DNA of 63,747 nucleotides, counting the filler, from Choristocarpus tenellus KU-1152 (Eukaryota; Protista; Phaeophyceae), in assembly GCA_964200185.2 (NCBI GenBank). It is 14 parts of 14 records of this genome, joined end to end, with 100 filler letters (N's around TTAATTAATTAA, not from the genome) between each part and the next. Parts side by side here need not be neighbours in the genome. Positions count along the whole stretch, not along the records: positions 60,744 to 63,747 come from CAXNAD020023005.1; 13 more parts are not named here. One strand, 5' to 3'. The first letter of the stretch is position 1. Every line of letters starts with the position of its first letter. Below are positions 62,651 through 63,747 of this stretch, in pieces. The notes under the pieces are model-generated. The model did not search any database and was not told the origin of the DNA. It was given only the letters and a program-made list of their open reading frames with translations. The translations under genes and the position numbers were made by a program.

Positions 62651-63747
62651 AGTACAAAGTGCCCTTCCTATCCTACATTTACCTCAACTTTGTATTCCAT
62701 ATGTTCTTTTAGTCTCTCCAAGTATGGAAGACCTGTAATTAAGATTGGCATGGTATGTAGTCAGTTCCATTCTAAACATACCTCATTTTGAATCCCATCT
62801 TCTTGATCTAGCCCTTAACCCCATCCATAACAGTAGCCCAAAATATTATAGAATGCTAGGAAAAGTCCCCAACAAGCACAAACGTCATCTGAGCCCTGAA
62901 CTACTCTCTTTTTGTAAGTCATCCTCACTTTGAATTTAAATGTCTTGTCCAACAGATCAAAGAAATAAATTGAAAAGATAACAAACCATCCATCAAATAC
63001 AGTCAGCTTTATCCTTAGCTCACCTTTGATAGTCAAGCAAAAATCAATCAACTCTAACCCTAGCCCTAACCCTAACCTTAAAGAATGTGTTGTACTAGTA
63101 GAAAAGAAAAGATTGGGCAATATCAACCTTGCCACATTAGTTTTATCCGGAATGTGCCTCCTTTCTACCAACCCCAAATTTGACTGTTGAAAATGTTTTA
63201 TTTTCGGATGCAAAAAATTAAAATGAGCAACGTAAAAAGAGATAATGGAAAAAAAGGAAGTAAATGACACCAACCCCCACCCCCCCCTGATATTTTTTTA
63301 TCTTTTTTTATCTCAGTGTTTGATCTCAATGTTTCTTCTTCCCCCATCTAATATGGTCAGATGTTTTCAAATATATGTGCTTGTTCCGCATTACTAGTGT
63401 TAGGGTTTTTCGACAGCGATAGTTTGAATTGCTTCAGATGAACCGGAATAACCAGAGAAGGAAAGGTTTACTCTAAGAAAAAAGTAAATTGCTCTTTGTA
63501 TCCAGTACTGTAGAGTTCAGACAACATAGCGAACTCGTATGGAAGTCCTGCACAAATGTTTTTTGTGGCATTTCTGCCATGCCTACCCAGCATTGTAGCG
63601 TCTGTTGATATTTCACCAAAAGCAGAGAGATGGATATTTATAGCTATTGTCAGACCCCGAACTTAGAATTTTCGCTCCCCCCCCCCCCCTCCCCCTCCCC
63701 CCACCCCCCCCCCTTTTAAATAAGGGTAGTCTTCACATAAAAGCCTA

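Larger units (their letters stand above)
61660..63670. repeat. Diverged direct duplication (61660-62255 vs 63310-63670), probable degenerate retroelement copies
   Basis: Shared blocks ATGTGCT..TTCCGCATT..TAGTG.TAGGGTTTTT.GAC.GCGATAGTTTGA, CAACATAGCG and AGAGAGATGGATATT...TGTCAGAC; the first copy carries a MITE A insertion. Confidence 0.7.

Overview
Eukaryotic nuclear DNA, most likely from a brown alga or related ochrophyte. This is inferred from GT-AG introns with GTGAG/GTGCG/GTGTG donors, a bipartite signal+transit presequence, plastid-type PDF and TTAGGG repeats. It is not one locus: 13 artificial 100-bp linkers (N44-TTAATTAATTAA-N44) join 14 short contigs (1-4642, 4743-8445, 8546-15457, 15558-18811, 18912-22066, 22167-24910, 25011-28794, 28895-32446, 32547-38391, 38492-47780, 47881-52404, 52505-56592, 56693-60643, 60744-63747), so neighbourhood across linkers is uninformative. 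Most ORF-track entries are spurious, and real genes had to be rebuilt exon by exon. Supported partial genes: (1) a plastid-targeted protein whose core aligns by eye with the Rubisco chaperone RbcX, unexpected in a red-type (form ID) Rubisco lineage and the top finding; (2) peptide deformylase; (3) GTPase Der/EngA of alphaproteobacterial (mitochondrial) type; (4) a synergin-gamma-like clathrin-adaptor accessory protein; (5) a membrane-anchored histidine acid phosphatase; (6) a secreted protein with a tandem uncharacterised domain; (7) a low-complexity protein. The rest is transposon debris: degenerate Ty1/copia elements, a solo LTR, two related MITE families sharing an AAAGTATCT TIR core (3-bp TSDs, PIF/Harbinger-like), a hAT-like MITE, other dispersed repeats and many short interstitial TTAGGG tracts.
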